From assembly GCA_965248925.1 (NCBI GenBank), contig CBDFLE010000006.1:3328001-3392000 (forward strand): DNA of 64,000 nucleotides, given 5' to 3'. This DNA comes from Candidatus Multivoradales bacterium. Lineage in GTDB: Bacteria > Acidobacteriota > Thermoanaerobaculia > Multivoradales > J023. Below, piece by piece: positions 29,823 through 39,877 of this stretch. Within the stretch, counting starts at the first letter, position 1. Every line of letters starts with the position of its first letter. The position numbers were made by a program, and so were the translations under genes. Below the pieces are notes generated by a model. It did no database searches, was not told where the DNA came from, and saw nothing but the letters and a program-made list of their open reading frames with translations.

Positions 29823-32533
29823 TCAGCCTGGGTCGGGTAGGTCGCAACCAAGGTCCAAGAGTTCCTGACGGCGGCGCAAAATTCGAGCCTCCTTACCGAA
29901 TTCGAGGACGGCTTGCAGCGACTCCTGGCAGGCCTCCTGGGCCGCCACTAATCGTCCTTGATCGAAAAGTGATTTGGCCAGCTCGCGAAAGGTCGCGCTG
30001 ACATGACTCATTGGAGATTCTTCAAGGTGTTGCAAATAGTCAATGGCTCGGCGGACAAAGACCTCAGCTTCCTCGGGGCGCGACTCGGCAGCAGCGATTC
30101 GAGCGCGCAGTTCCATGACCGCCGTAAATACCGGATATACCGTATCGTTGCCGGAGAGGTTGGCTTCCGCCGTCGCAAAAAGGGCCGCCACCTCGGCTTG
30201 CCGACCGTCTTCTTGGAGCCAAATCATGTAGGCGAGAAGAGCTGAAGCATTTGCGATGAGCGGGTGCTTTTCGGCACTCAGGCTCTGTCGGATCTCGACA
30301 CTCTTTCGGAAAGCGCTTTCCGCCGCGGGGTAGTCTTCCTGGTAGCTGAACACTCGCCCAAGAAGATAAAGACTTCGCGCAACTGGGCCTGTTTTCGAGC
30401 CGTACAGGCGCTCTTCCAGGTCGATAATACGATGCAGAACAGTCTCTGCTTCAGGATAGGCTTTGCTGTCCACCAAGCCATAGGAGAGCCGGCTCAAGGC
30501 CGGAACCACGCGGCGGGAATCTGTACCATAGGCCTCTTCGAGAACAGCAACAGCGCGACGGAAATAGTCTAATCCTTGGGGATCGAGCCGACGATGGGCG
30601 ACACTTCCGAGCTCCAGATAGATCTCAGCAAGAATATCTGGACTTGCGGGACTCGCCCCCGGAGCCGTTTCGAGAATCGAAAGGCCTCGGCTTAGTCTCT
30701 CGCTCGCTTCTTCCAACCTATTCATCATGCGAAGCGCGGATCCAGCTTGGATTTCGAGCCGGGCGCCCTGCGAGGAGTCCTCGGGGTCCGCCGCCAACGC
30801 TGCGACGGCTGAGGAATATGCTTCGTCGAAGCGTCCTTCACGAAACCGCAGGTCGGCTACCTTCTCAAGAATGTCGATGCGGGTTTGTCCAATAGCCTCA
30901 TTCGGACGACCTGCCCAGGGGCCCACTGTGTTCAGGAGGTCTCTAGCCTCCTCCAGAAGAGCCTCAGCCTGGCCGAAGTTCTCCCACCGAGCATGGATTC
31001 CAGCCACTGCACCCAACAAGGCGGCCCGTTCGAAGGGCTGGTCACTGAGCTCACTGGCCAGTCCCACAGTTCCGCGTTCAAGAATCTGGCGAGCGGTGAG
31101 TTGGTCGGGGTTTTCAAGCGAACTATCGACCTCGCCTAAAAGACTCTCAAGGAAGCCCGCCAGCCGATCGGAGCCCTGCTGGGCTAGTAAGGCTCGGTCG
31201 AGAGCCTGCTCAGCGGCCTCAGCTTCCAGATCGGCGCGGCAGGCTTCGGTACGGGCACGAACAAATCCGACCGAAGTACCTATGAAACCGACGACTAGGC
31301 TAGCGGCGATCAGGGCGGCCGCAACAAAACATCCGCGATGACGCCGCATCAGCTTGTGCAGCAGGTAGCCGAGCGTCGGCGCGCGGGCACTGACCGGCTC
31401 ACTGGCGAGAAAGCGCTCGAGATCGGCGGCGAGCTCGGCAGCTGAGCCGTAGCGCTCTGACGGATCGAACGCAATCGCCTTGAGAGCGATCCAGTCGAGG
31501 TCACCACGCAACCGTTTAGAGAGCTCGATGGCGCGCTCGCCACGCCGCGCAGCAATCGCCCGCCCGGTGTCCGGCTCGAGGGTGGTCACTCGGGTACTTG
31601 GCCGAGCGACCTGGTCGTCCGCCGAGCGCCGAAGCGCGTCCAAAGGTGTATCGCCGACCTCGGCCCAGGGCCGTAGACCGGTCAGCAGCTCGTAGAGCAC
31701 CACGCCGAGTGAAAACACATCCGACCGCTGGTCGACATCGCCGCCCTGTCCGAGAGCCTCCGGACTCATGTAGGCCGGTGTGCCGATGATCCGGTCACCG
31801 GTCGCCAAAGTGGGATCGGCCAGAGAACTGTCGAGCCCCTTGGCGATCCCCAGATCGATAACCTTGGGCACGGCACGACCGTCGATCTCGGTGACCAGGA
31901 CGTTCGACGGCTTGAGATCACGGTGTAGCAGAAGCTTGCGATGGGCGTGATCGACCCCGCTGCAGACGTCGATGAATAGCCGCAGCCGATCCTCGAGGCC
32001 CAACGAGCGCTCGTCGCAGAAGGTCGTGACCGGTATTCCGTCGATCAGCTCCATCGCGAAGTAGGGCACACCGTCGTCGGTCGTACCGGCGTCGAGGATC
32101 TTGCCGACATTGGGATGATCGAGCCGCCCCATGGCGTGACGCTCGGCCTCGAATCGCGCCCTAGCCTGGCGCCCGGCCACCGCCGTGCGCAAGATCTTGA
32201 GCGCCACCTGGCGGCGCACCGTTCGTCCTGCTGGGCCAGAAACACCCGTCCCATGCCACCTTCGCCCAGCAAACTGAGCAGCCGATAGGGACCGACCGCC
32301 GTTGGCATCTCGGGTTCGATCGTCGCCCGCCCGAGCTGCGGCGGTGCGAGGAATCCGTCACCGGTGTGATCGTCGGCGAGCATCTCCCGAACATCGGCCG
32401 CCAACGCCGAGTCACTCGCGGCGAGCACCGCCTCGCGTTCTGCCGCCGGCAGACCGACCACCCGGGCGAGCAAGGCGAACCGCTGGCGGTCCTCGGACGA
32501 ATCTTCAGATGATCTGTCTCGCTCGTTGGTCAC
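29823..32533 (-). pseudogene. Ser/Thr protein kinase + TM + TPRs with a single frameshift near 32221
   Basis: The G-loop LGEGGMG lies in ORF 32045-32533 and VALK/HRDLKPSN/DLG/GTPAYMSPE in ORF 29823-32219. One added base restores E-P-V-R-R-Q-V-A-L-K. May be a sequencing error. Confidence 0.85.
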
Positions 32534-32647
32534 AGTTCAACTCCCGATTCCGACACTGCCACTCCTAGGAGCTATATTCTCACGGAACGCTGAGCGTGTA
32601 GCCCGGCGAGAGGGCGCCCGCTCTCAAGGCCGGTGCCGAGCCGTCCG

Positions 32648-32884
32648 TCAAGGGCCAAGAGCCAGGAAAGCGTGCTCGACCGCCAAGCCGGGCGAACTGA
32701 CGGCAGTGAAGGCCGGCACACCGTCGAGCAAGCAACGGTCGCAGACCGGATCGTCATGCTGATAGCCAACCGGACCAACGCCCGTCGACTGTTCGCAGAT
32801 CGCACAAGGCGTGCCCGGCTTTTCGGCAATGCGGATGCAGTAGAAATGTTGGGCTGCCGACGTCGTCTTCGGATCTGCGGTCAT
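32648..32884 (-). CDS. Small hypothetical protein with CxxC...CxxC
   Basis: PCAICEQ...VCDRCLL; GAGGAG upstream of ATG 32884. Confidence 0.35.
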   Translation of the reverse strand: MTADPKTTSAAQHFYCIRIAEKPGTPCAICEQSTGVGPVGYQHDDPVCDRCLLDGVPAFTAVSSPGLAVEHAFLALGP

Positions 32885-33194
32885 AGCGTCGCTCCTCACG
32901 GTAGGTCTGCTCCGGCGCAAGGGGTTGATCTCGACTGCCGAGCCAGACCCTCAGAGCAAGCCACAGAGAGCCTGCAGCGCCGAAATGGAGGAGGAGTGAG
33001 TACCCAAAAAGGCCGGCGGGTGTCAACGAGGTGCCTGGCGTAACTAGCTGATTGCAGGAGCTTTGTAGCTCAACTACGCTGAACTTCGCTAAAGCGCGTT
33101 CTCAACCGATTATACCCCAGCGGCGCCAAGTCCTTTGTTACCAGTGACTGGAGCCACGGACGCCGCCGATTCTTCACTCTCGGCCGCTACGGCC

Positions 33195-33338
33195 ATGTCA
33201 AAGACCGGCAAGCGGACGGTAGTGCTGAACTCCGGCACTCTGGCGACCCTCGAAGATCTGGAGCGGATCGACGGCAACCCCTACGTCGTCCCTGGCAGCA
33301 AGCCCGGCAACCGTCACAGCACGCTTCAGAAGCGCTAG
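33195..33338 (+). pseudogene. Tyrosine integrase fragment
   Basis: SKTGKRTVVLN...RIDGNPYVVPGSKPG..LQK resembles phage-integrase internal segments. Confidence 0.45.
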
Positions 33339-33649
33339 GCACAGAACTCCACCCGCGCGGAGTGTAGGTGCTCAAGCAACGTCAGGGCATCTTCGACACC
33401 TTTCCGTTGTCTCTCATCACGACCCAGACGATCTCCCATCTTGGCAGTTTGGTTGGTGCCCCGCCCGACGTCCAGCGTTTTCGACCGACATCTTGGTGAA
33501 GGCAGCAGATGAGACGCCGTTCCCCGAGGACGACTGGGTGGGTTGTATGTAGCTCGCGATCGTCAGGGATGCCTCGGCGTCTACGGCTCGACCGCGGAAC
33601 CCGGCCGCGTCGCAATGACGATCCTGTGCTTATTGAGTCTCCGCCGTAG

Positions 33650-33740
33650 AATCTGATCCTCGAGAACGCCGCTCTTCGCCAACAGCTCGCAATTCTTCAA
33701 AGCCAGAAGCCAACACCGGCTTGGCTCAGCCGTCAGATGG
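33650..33740 (+). pseudogene. N-terminal remnant of an integrase-core transposase
   Basis: Reads NLILENAALRQQLAIL. Confidence 0.4.
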
Positions 33741-33870
33741 CCACTGTCTCGTGCGGGAAAGCGTTGACTAAGCCAGCTACCCAGCCGACCGCTCCCATGA
33801 CTATCGCCTCGAGTGCCAAGTCGTCGACGCCGCAGAAGAGACGGTATCGATCACCACAACAGCCGAGTTA

Positions 33871-34089
33871 GTGGATGCCCCCCATATGGAGCACGTTCGC
33901 ACGCAGCTCCCCTATGCCCTGGTAGGGGGCGGTGCGGCCTTGCTTGCGTCATTGGCCACCTCCGCAATCGGTCTCAGTCCGTGGCTCGCGACGGCGCTGG
34001 GTTCGGCGGCGATCATCATCCTAGTTTGGGGGCTGGGGAAAGACCCGAATGCGCCTCCGAGGGGAGCTCGACATGAACCAGACGGCTGA
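33871..34089 (+). pseudogene. C-terminal fragment of an NhaC-family Na+/H+ antiporter
   Basis: HMEHVRTQLPYAL followed by two hydrophobic helices; rest of gene absent. Confidence 0.6.
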
Positions 34090-35950
34090 CTCGATCTCGT
34101 ACTACAGCATCACCCTTCTGCTGGTTGCGGTCGCCGCGAACGCTGGCGACAAGGGGCCACTCAGCGTCGACGACGGACTGCGGATGAAGGTTGTCGAAGA
34201 GGCCGTGATGTCCCCCGACGGCGACTCTGTCCTGTTCACCGTCAGGAGCCTCGATTGGGCGAAGAACGAGTTCACTCACGAGCACCTGATGTACCGAGGC
34301 AGCACTCAATCGACGCATAAGTACATCGGCGACGGCGGCGGGGAGGATTTCAGATTTTCTCCCGACGGCCAGCTCATCGCGTTCCTGCGTGAATTGGGCG
34401 ACGAGACCGAGGGGTCGGCGCTGGCCGAAGGCAGCGAGTCTTCCCAGGTTTTCGTCATGCCTACTTTTGGTGGCGAGGCGTTGCAGTTGACCCAACACCC
34501 AGGGGGCGTTGCGAGCTTCCGGTGGTTGCCTGCGAGTGACCGGATTCTCTATCTCGCCGAGGGCCGGGACGATGACGGTACCGAGGCGGAGCGCCGCCTG
34601 GGAGACGACGCATACTTTGTGGACGAGACCCCCAACGGCAAGCAAGCGGCCAGATACACGAGCTTCTGGTCAATCGACGTCGCCCACCACGAGGAGGCAT
34701 CCAGGCTGTCGCAGCTGTCGCTGGTGGTCGGAGATTTCGCCGTCTCACCCGAAGGCGAGCGGGTGGTGTTCGATGCGCGGCCCGACACGCGGACCAACTA
34801 CCCCCACGAGGCTGAGCTCTACATGCTCTCGGTGACGGAAGGGACCGTCGCCAAGCTGACCAACAACGCGGCGCCCGAGAGCGGCGCCAGGTGGTCGCCA
34901 GATGGTAAGGCCATCGCCTATCGAGCCCCGGACGCCGAGACGTTCGAGCTCAGCAACGGGTACTTCTGGGTCATGGATCCGGATTCCGGAGAGACGCGGA
35001 AGTTGACCGAGCAGTCGATCGGCGAGTTGAGCACCGAGCCGGTGTGGGCAGCCGATGGCCGCAGCCTGCTCTACAATGAGATTCACGGAACCAGCACGAA
35101 CCTCTACCGCATTGACATCGAAACGGGGAAGGCGAAGGCGCTGACGAGAGGCGCCGGAACGCTGCGCGTTCACGGCTACTCCGCAGCCAGAGACCGGATG
35201 GTGTACAGCTACCAGAACTTCACCACCCCGTCAGATCTTTTCGTGAGCGATCTGGAGGCACGAAACCCGCGCCGCATATCCGACCTGAACCCTTGGATCG
35301 GCACGACCCGCGCGCTGACCGATGGGCAGTTGTTACGCTGGCGAAGCGAGGACGGCTTGCCGATCGAGGGGGTGTTCTTCCCAGCTCTCGCCAGCACGAC
35401 CGAAAAGACTCCCCTCATCGTCCACATCCATGGCGGCCCGGCAGGAGTCGTCGAGAACACCTTCCGAGATGATTTTCAGATTCTCGCTGGGCTCGGCTTC
35501 GCGATCCTGGCTCCCAACGTACGCGGCAGCACCGGCTACGGAGACGCCTTCCTGCGCGGCTTGGCCGGCGAGGTGGGGCCCGGGTACAACTTCGACGTTT
35601 CGCTGCGGTATATCGGGGGCAAACCGTGGGACAACCCTGCGGAGTTGCAGAAGAGATCGTCGATCACCCATGTCCGCAACGTCTCGACTCCCGCGATCAT
35701 CTTCCACGGTGGCGACGACGAAACGTCCAGCGTCGGCCAGTCCCTCATGTTCTACACTGCGCTCCGTGAAATCGGCAATGCTCCGGTGCGGTACATGCGT
35801 TTCCCCCGCGAGGGCCACGGGATCGAAGAGCCGAGGCACCGGAGGAGGTTGGCAACCGAGGAGATCATCTGGTTCATGAAGTACTTGCGCGGCCAGGACT
35901 GGCGTCCAGGGCCGCCGCTCTTCGCGGAACCCGTTCCTGCGGCCGAGTGA
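34073..35950 (+). CDS. S9 (prolyl oligopeptidase/acylaminoacyl peptidase) family protein lacking the catalytic Ser segment
   Basis: PD40 propeller repeats (FSPDG, WSPDG), HGGP, PNVRGSTGYG, HGGDD and REGHG are present; no GxSxG. Confidence 0.85.
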   Translation: MNQTADSISYYSITLLLVAVAANAGDKGPLSVDDGLRMKVVEEAVMSPDGDSVLFTVRSLDWAKNEFTHEHLMYRGSTQSTHKYIGDGGGEDFRFSPDGQLIAFLRELGDETEGSALAEGSESSQVFVMPTFGGEALQLTQHPGGVASFRWLPASDRILYLAEGRDDDGTEAERRLGDDAYFVDETPNGKQAARYTSFWSIDVAHHEEASRLSQLSLVVGDFAVSPEGERVVFDARPDTRTNYPHEAELYMLSVTEGTVAKLTNNAAPESGARWSPDGKAIAYRAPDAETFELSNGYFWVMDPDSGETRKLTEQSIGELSTEPVWAADGRSLLYNEIHGTSTNLYRIDIETGKAKALTRGAGTLRVHGYSAARDRMVYSYQNFTTPSDLFVSDLEARNPRRISDLNPWIGTTRALTDGQLLRWRSEDGLPIEGVFFPALASTTEKTPLIVHIHGGPAGVVENTFRDDFQILAGLGFAILAPNVRGSTGYGDAFLRGLAGEVGPGYNFDVSLRYIGGKPWDNPAELQKRSSITHVRNVSTPAIIFHGGDDETSSVGQSLMFYTALREIGNAPVRYMRFPREGHGIEEPRHRRRLATEEIIWFMKYLRGQDWRPGPPLFAEPVPAAE

Positions 35951-35989
35951 CCGGCGCGCTCGGTCGAGTGAGGAGAGGGGCCGGCTCCG

Positions 35990-36085
35990 TTGGTGGGAGT
36001 GACCACCGTCCTCGCCACAGCACTGCTGGCTAATCTCGTTCCAGCGTTGAAGGCGGCAAGCCTCGACCCGGTCGCGGTTCCCCGC
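35990..36085 (+). pseudogene. C-terminal remnant of an ABC permease
   Basis: VLATALLANLVPALKAASLDPVAV, similar to the end of the 60733-63168 permease. Confidence 0.45.
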
Positions 36086-36326
36086 AGCGAGTAGCAGTGA
36101 CCAAGTCCTCACAGTTCAAGTTTGCCCAGCTCCCGATCGAAGGTAGTCAATACCGATGCTATCTAACGCTCAGCGGTATGCGGATTCGGCAGCCGGTACG
36201 GCCATCGGGCGCGGCTTCGAGGGCGAAATCGAAGCGGTGCTTGGACAGCACCTATTTGGCCAGGGTCAGCCCAATGCCTGCCTTCTGTCGAGGTTCCTGC
36301 AGAGGAACCAAGCTGACTAGGTAGAG

Positions 36327-37718
36327 TTAATGGACCAGCCGGGTGTGGCTGTAAGCCGAGTACCAGCCGAACCAGAAGGCGCGGTGGGCCGGAAGTCGGG
36401 GCAGCAGGCGGCCGTCCGCGGTCGCCAGGCGGTCTTCATGCAAAGTCCAGCTAGTGCCGGATTCGTCGACCGCGGTGTGGTCACGATCCCAGCTGGCGAA
36501 GCGCAGGCCAGCGCTTTCGTAGACTCGGGCAGCGCCTGAATTGTCGGTCAGGACGACGAACGGTAGCTCACCGATCTGGTCGTGGTAGAGCGGCTTCTCG
36601 GCCAGGTAGGCGACCGCGATTGCCAGTGGCTGGTCAGGATGTTCGGAGACCTGGATGCCGAGCACTTGGTCCTTATTCTTCAGCCGCTGGTCGAGCTTGG
36701 GAACGCTGAACATCAGCTCGTCGGTGGCGAAGTAGCGCCGATAGGCGGCGCCTTCGGCGTAGTCGCGACGGTGGCCGGTGTCGAGGGATAGCACTTGGGT
36801 TCGCGGATGGCGCCGACGCCATTCGCCCCAGGTGGTGGTGACCACCGAGCGCCGTTCGAGCTCGATGTCTTGGCCGACCAGAGGGCCGATCACCGGCCGT
36901 CCCCACAGTGTGTTCCACAGCGATTGGCTGGCCTGGTCATACATCAGCTTGTTGGAGCGATAGAGGAAGCCGCTGGTGCCGAGGTGGTAGTTGGTTTCGG
37001 CGACGGTGGTCTCGTAGATGATCACCGTGCCACAGAGCGTGCAGTAAACCCCGGCCACCGGCACCGCGCCAACCGTGTCGACGAACATCTCGTGCCAGGC
37101 CAAGATCCGTTGTGGGTAGGCCCGCACATCGCCATTGATCTCGATGCCGAAGACGACGTCCTCATCGTCCAGATAGTCGGCCTCGGCGGCGCTGATCATC
37201 TGCGGCTGGCGCAGCGGTGGGATGCCGTCTTGCGGCACACCGCCCCAGCGGACCTCGTCGAGGCGGATCAAGCTGGTTCGCTGGGAGGAAAAATAGCCCT
37301 TGAACTTGGCATCGATCAGGCTGTAGATCGCCGACTTGAATTCCGCATAAGAGGGCGCCGGCTGCTCTTCTTGCTGCCACAGCCAGTCGTACCATCGATC
37401 GATATCGAAGCTGAAACGCTGGCCGGTCTGCTTCTGTAGCAGGCCGATCAAGCGGCGCTCGACGGCCCGGTCCCGCGACAGGTGGATCACCTCGAGAGCC
37501 ATCGTCACGTATCCGGGCTGCCAGCTGTCGCGGATGGTGTCGTAGGCCGCCTTGTGCTCACCGGCCGGTTCGGTGAGCAAGGTGACGAAGGCACCGGCGC
37601 CGGCTGAGCCATCGGTGGCGGCGGTGCTAGGTGAGTTGGTCTGGGCTTGGCCCAGGCTGGCTATCGAGAGCACAAAGGTAAAGGCCAGGAGGGCTTTTGG
37701 TTGGATCGACATCGTCAC
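36327..37718 (-). CDS. DUF3179 domain protein
   Basis: Signal peptide, WGGVPQDGIPPL, RAYPQRILAWHE, YCTLCG, SGFLYRSNKLMYD, FWFGW. Confidence 0.88.
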   Translation of the reverse strand: MTMSIQPKALLAFTFVLSIASLGQAQTNSPSTAATDGSAGAGAFVTLLTEPAGEHKAAYDTIRDSWQPGYVTMALEVIHLSRDRAVERRLIGLLQKQTGQRFSFDIDRWYDWLWQQEEQPAPSYAEFKSAIYSLIDAKFKGYFSSQRTSLIRLDEVRWGGVPQDGIPPLRQPQMISAAEADYLDDEDVVFGIEINGDVRAYPQRILAWHEMFVDTVGAVPVAGVYCTLCGTVIIYETTVAETNYHLGTSGFLYRSNKLMYDQASQSLWNTLWGRPVIGPLVGQDIELERRSVVTTTWGEWRRRHPRTQVLSLDTGHRRDYAEGAAYRRYFATDELMFSVPKLDQRLKNKDQVLGIQVSEHPDQPLAIAVAYLAEKPLYHDQIGELPFVVLTDNSGAARVYESAGLRFASWDRDHTAVDESGTSWTLHEDRLATADGRLLPRLPAHRAFWFGWYSAYSHTRLVH

Positions 37719-37910
37719 TCCGGGAGACTCGGTTGCGGAAGATGCTGTTACCTCGTCTGAAGTCTACGTGGCTGCTGGCAGGGGCGGTTCAATTCCTTAC
37801 GGGCACCCAGTCGGCACCCAGTCGAAGCCGGTTGGCATAGATGCTGCCCGGAGCGAGTAGAAACTGCCCAAAATTGACCGGTGTCAATGAACACCATTCT
37901 TGACGCCCTT

Positions 37911-39318
37911 AGGGCCTTCTATGTTGCTTCTATGTTGCCACCCAAGTCGGCAGAATCATCGGAGATCGCGGTCTTCCGGCTCTGAAGAACGCAAACTCCT
38001 GCTGTTTGGCGTCTCGATCGGGCGCCTTGATCGACGATTCGTGTCCTTGAGCTTGCGGAAATCTACATTGACAGAGACGGGATGTCACCCGCGCCAACCC
38101 TTTGCGAATCAAGGGCGGACCTCTCCTGTAGAGAGTTGAAGATACTCTCGAACTCGGCCCCTTGCGGGTTGGTTAAGGCGGTGATGGCAACTGTGACGAT
38201 GCTGTCAATCCGTGCGCGCGGGCCGGCCCCGCGCGGCTCCGGGGCTGTCCGGCGCCGCTCGATGTGCATGGGCGCGCAGGCGGAAAGCATCCCGGCGGAA
38301 ACTCCACCGAGTAGTCGCCCGATCGCAGGCGAGTCGCCGCTTCTCGATATGCCTCGACGAACAGGCGGTAAGCTTCCTTCAACTGTTCTCGGACCGCCTT
38401 TGATGCGGCATGCACCACCGGTGCCGGAGACCTCTTAGTGCGCAGAGGACTCTCGTGTGGGTGCTGCTTGCGGATTGCCGTCGCACCCAGAGGTACGGTG
38501 CCGCCAAGCACTACCCTCCGGGCGTTCTTAGCGTCGATTTCCGCGATCATGTCGGAGATCCGCTGGCGGATCTCTGCGGGAGGGAGGTGCTGCCAGCAGG
38601 GTAGGGGATCAAGCTGCAGCGTGTAGCGCTCGATAAAGTCCTCAGGGTCGGTCTCTTTGCCGCGGCGGTTGGCCTCGTATTCGAGGCTGCGGTCGCGCCA
38701 GATCCCTTCGAGGGTTTTGCCTTGGGTGAGAGCCTCGAGACACTGAAGCCCCGGCCAATCCCGGCAGCGTAGCACCAGATGTTCCTTCGCACCGTGACTG
38801 ATCACATACCGAAGCCGGGAGACCATCGCGGCTTCTTCTTCGCTAACTTCGATGGCTCGGAACCGGCGGCCCCAGAATTTTTCTCGCCAGTTGACCCTGC
38901 GGCCAGCCTCGCGGGCGAGATTGCCATTGACGTATTCCATGAAGCCGGACAGATCTTTGATGTCGGTGGCTCCAAGTAGGAAATGGAGATGGTTTCGGAG
39001 CCCGCCGAATGCGTAGATCTTCACCGGGTGCCTCTGCTGGGCGCGGGCGATGATGCCGACCGCAATGCTGCGGAATTGTCCGTCAGCAGGCAGAAGGAAT
39101 CGGCTTTGGAGGCATCGCGTAGTGATTTCGAAAATGGCGCCGCCGGGGCGCAAGTGTCGCAAGAGTCTTGACATACCCCCTGTAGACGGCAAGAGGGTTC
39201 CCAATCTTGACAGTTCGCGGGAGAAAAGTTGGTGGATTGTGCGGTGGGGTGGAGCCGCGGTCCTTTGCGACCGATGTAAGATGCTGAAAACAAGAGAGTA
39301 CGGTTGGGGTGGCACCCC
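37911..39318 (-). mobile_element. RAYT/TnpA-REP-like element with outward-facing TTGGG(G)TGGCA end motifs
   Basis: Left region shared with 41577-41985, right region shared with 48147-48388; motifs at 37936-37950 (minus) and 39296-39318 (plus). Confidence 0.8.
38173..39174 (-). CDS. HUH (Y1) tyrosine transposase, RAYT/TnpA-REP-like
   Basis: FEITTRC, NHLHFLL (HUH), FWGRRF, LRYVISH (catalytic Tyr), and C-terminal FPPGCFPP; start ATG 39174. Confidence 0.88.
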   Translation of the reverse strand: MSRLLRHLRPGGAIFEITTRCLQSRFLLPADGQFRSIAVGIIARAQQRHPVKIYAFGGLRNHLHFLLGATDIKDLSGFMEYVNGNLAREAGRRVNWREKFWGRRFRAIEVSEEEAAMVSRLRYVISHGAKEHLVLRCRDWPGLQCLEALTQGKTLEGIWRDRSLEYEANRRGKETDPEDFIERYTLQLDPLPCWQHLPPAEIRQRISDMIAEIDAKNARRVVLGGTVPLGATAIRKQHPHESPLRTKRSPAPVVHAASKAVREQLKEAYRLFVEAYREAATRLRSGDYSVEFPPGCFPPARPCTSSGAGQPRSRAGPARAHGLTASSQLPSPP

Positions 39319-39336
39319 GCTGGCACCCCGCTGGGA

Positions 39337-39742
39337 GCACCCCGCTGGGAATTTCGGCGGCGCCGGCTCGCAGGACGACAGAGTCCAAGTGATCGCCGTC
39401 CAGGGCGACAGCCACATGGTTCTAGGTGCGGCCGCCGAGATCGCGCCCTACACTTTCGTGCCGGTCGTCGTTCGGCTCGATGGGAGTGGTAACTACGACA
39501 CCAATTTCTCAGGCAATGGCTGGCGTACTTTTCCCGATCCGCCGGGCTATGTACAGCGCGGCACACCGTCGATCGCCCTCCAGCGTGATGGCAACATAGT
39601 AGTCGCTTGCCTCGCCGTGGCGATCGAACCCGACGACAACGATCAGATCTTCAACACCCGTTTGCTGAGTTCCCATGTGCTGTTTGCCGATGGTCTCGAG
39701 AGCGGCACGGTCAGTGGCTGGACTACGTCGGTCGGCGACTGA
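39337..39742 (+). pseudogene. 3' fragment of a delta-60-repeat secreted protein with FADGLESG tail
   Basis: IAVQGD, RLDGSGNYDTNFSGNG, IALQRDGNIVV, VLFADGLESGTVSGW; 5' part replaced by the RAYT end. Confidence 0.7.
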
Positions 39743-39877
39743 CCCGAGAGGTCGGCTCAAGGTGTTGCGGCCAGGGACCCGAGGCCGGCGTGCGGTTTCG
39801 CCTTGCCGAGCGTTTGGTCAAGTATGTCGCTCTGGATTGGCTGGGGCAGCTACTGACCGATGGTTCGGAGGCCGCCC

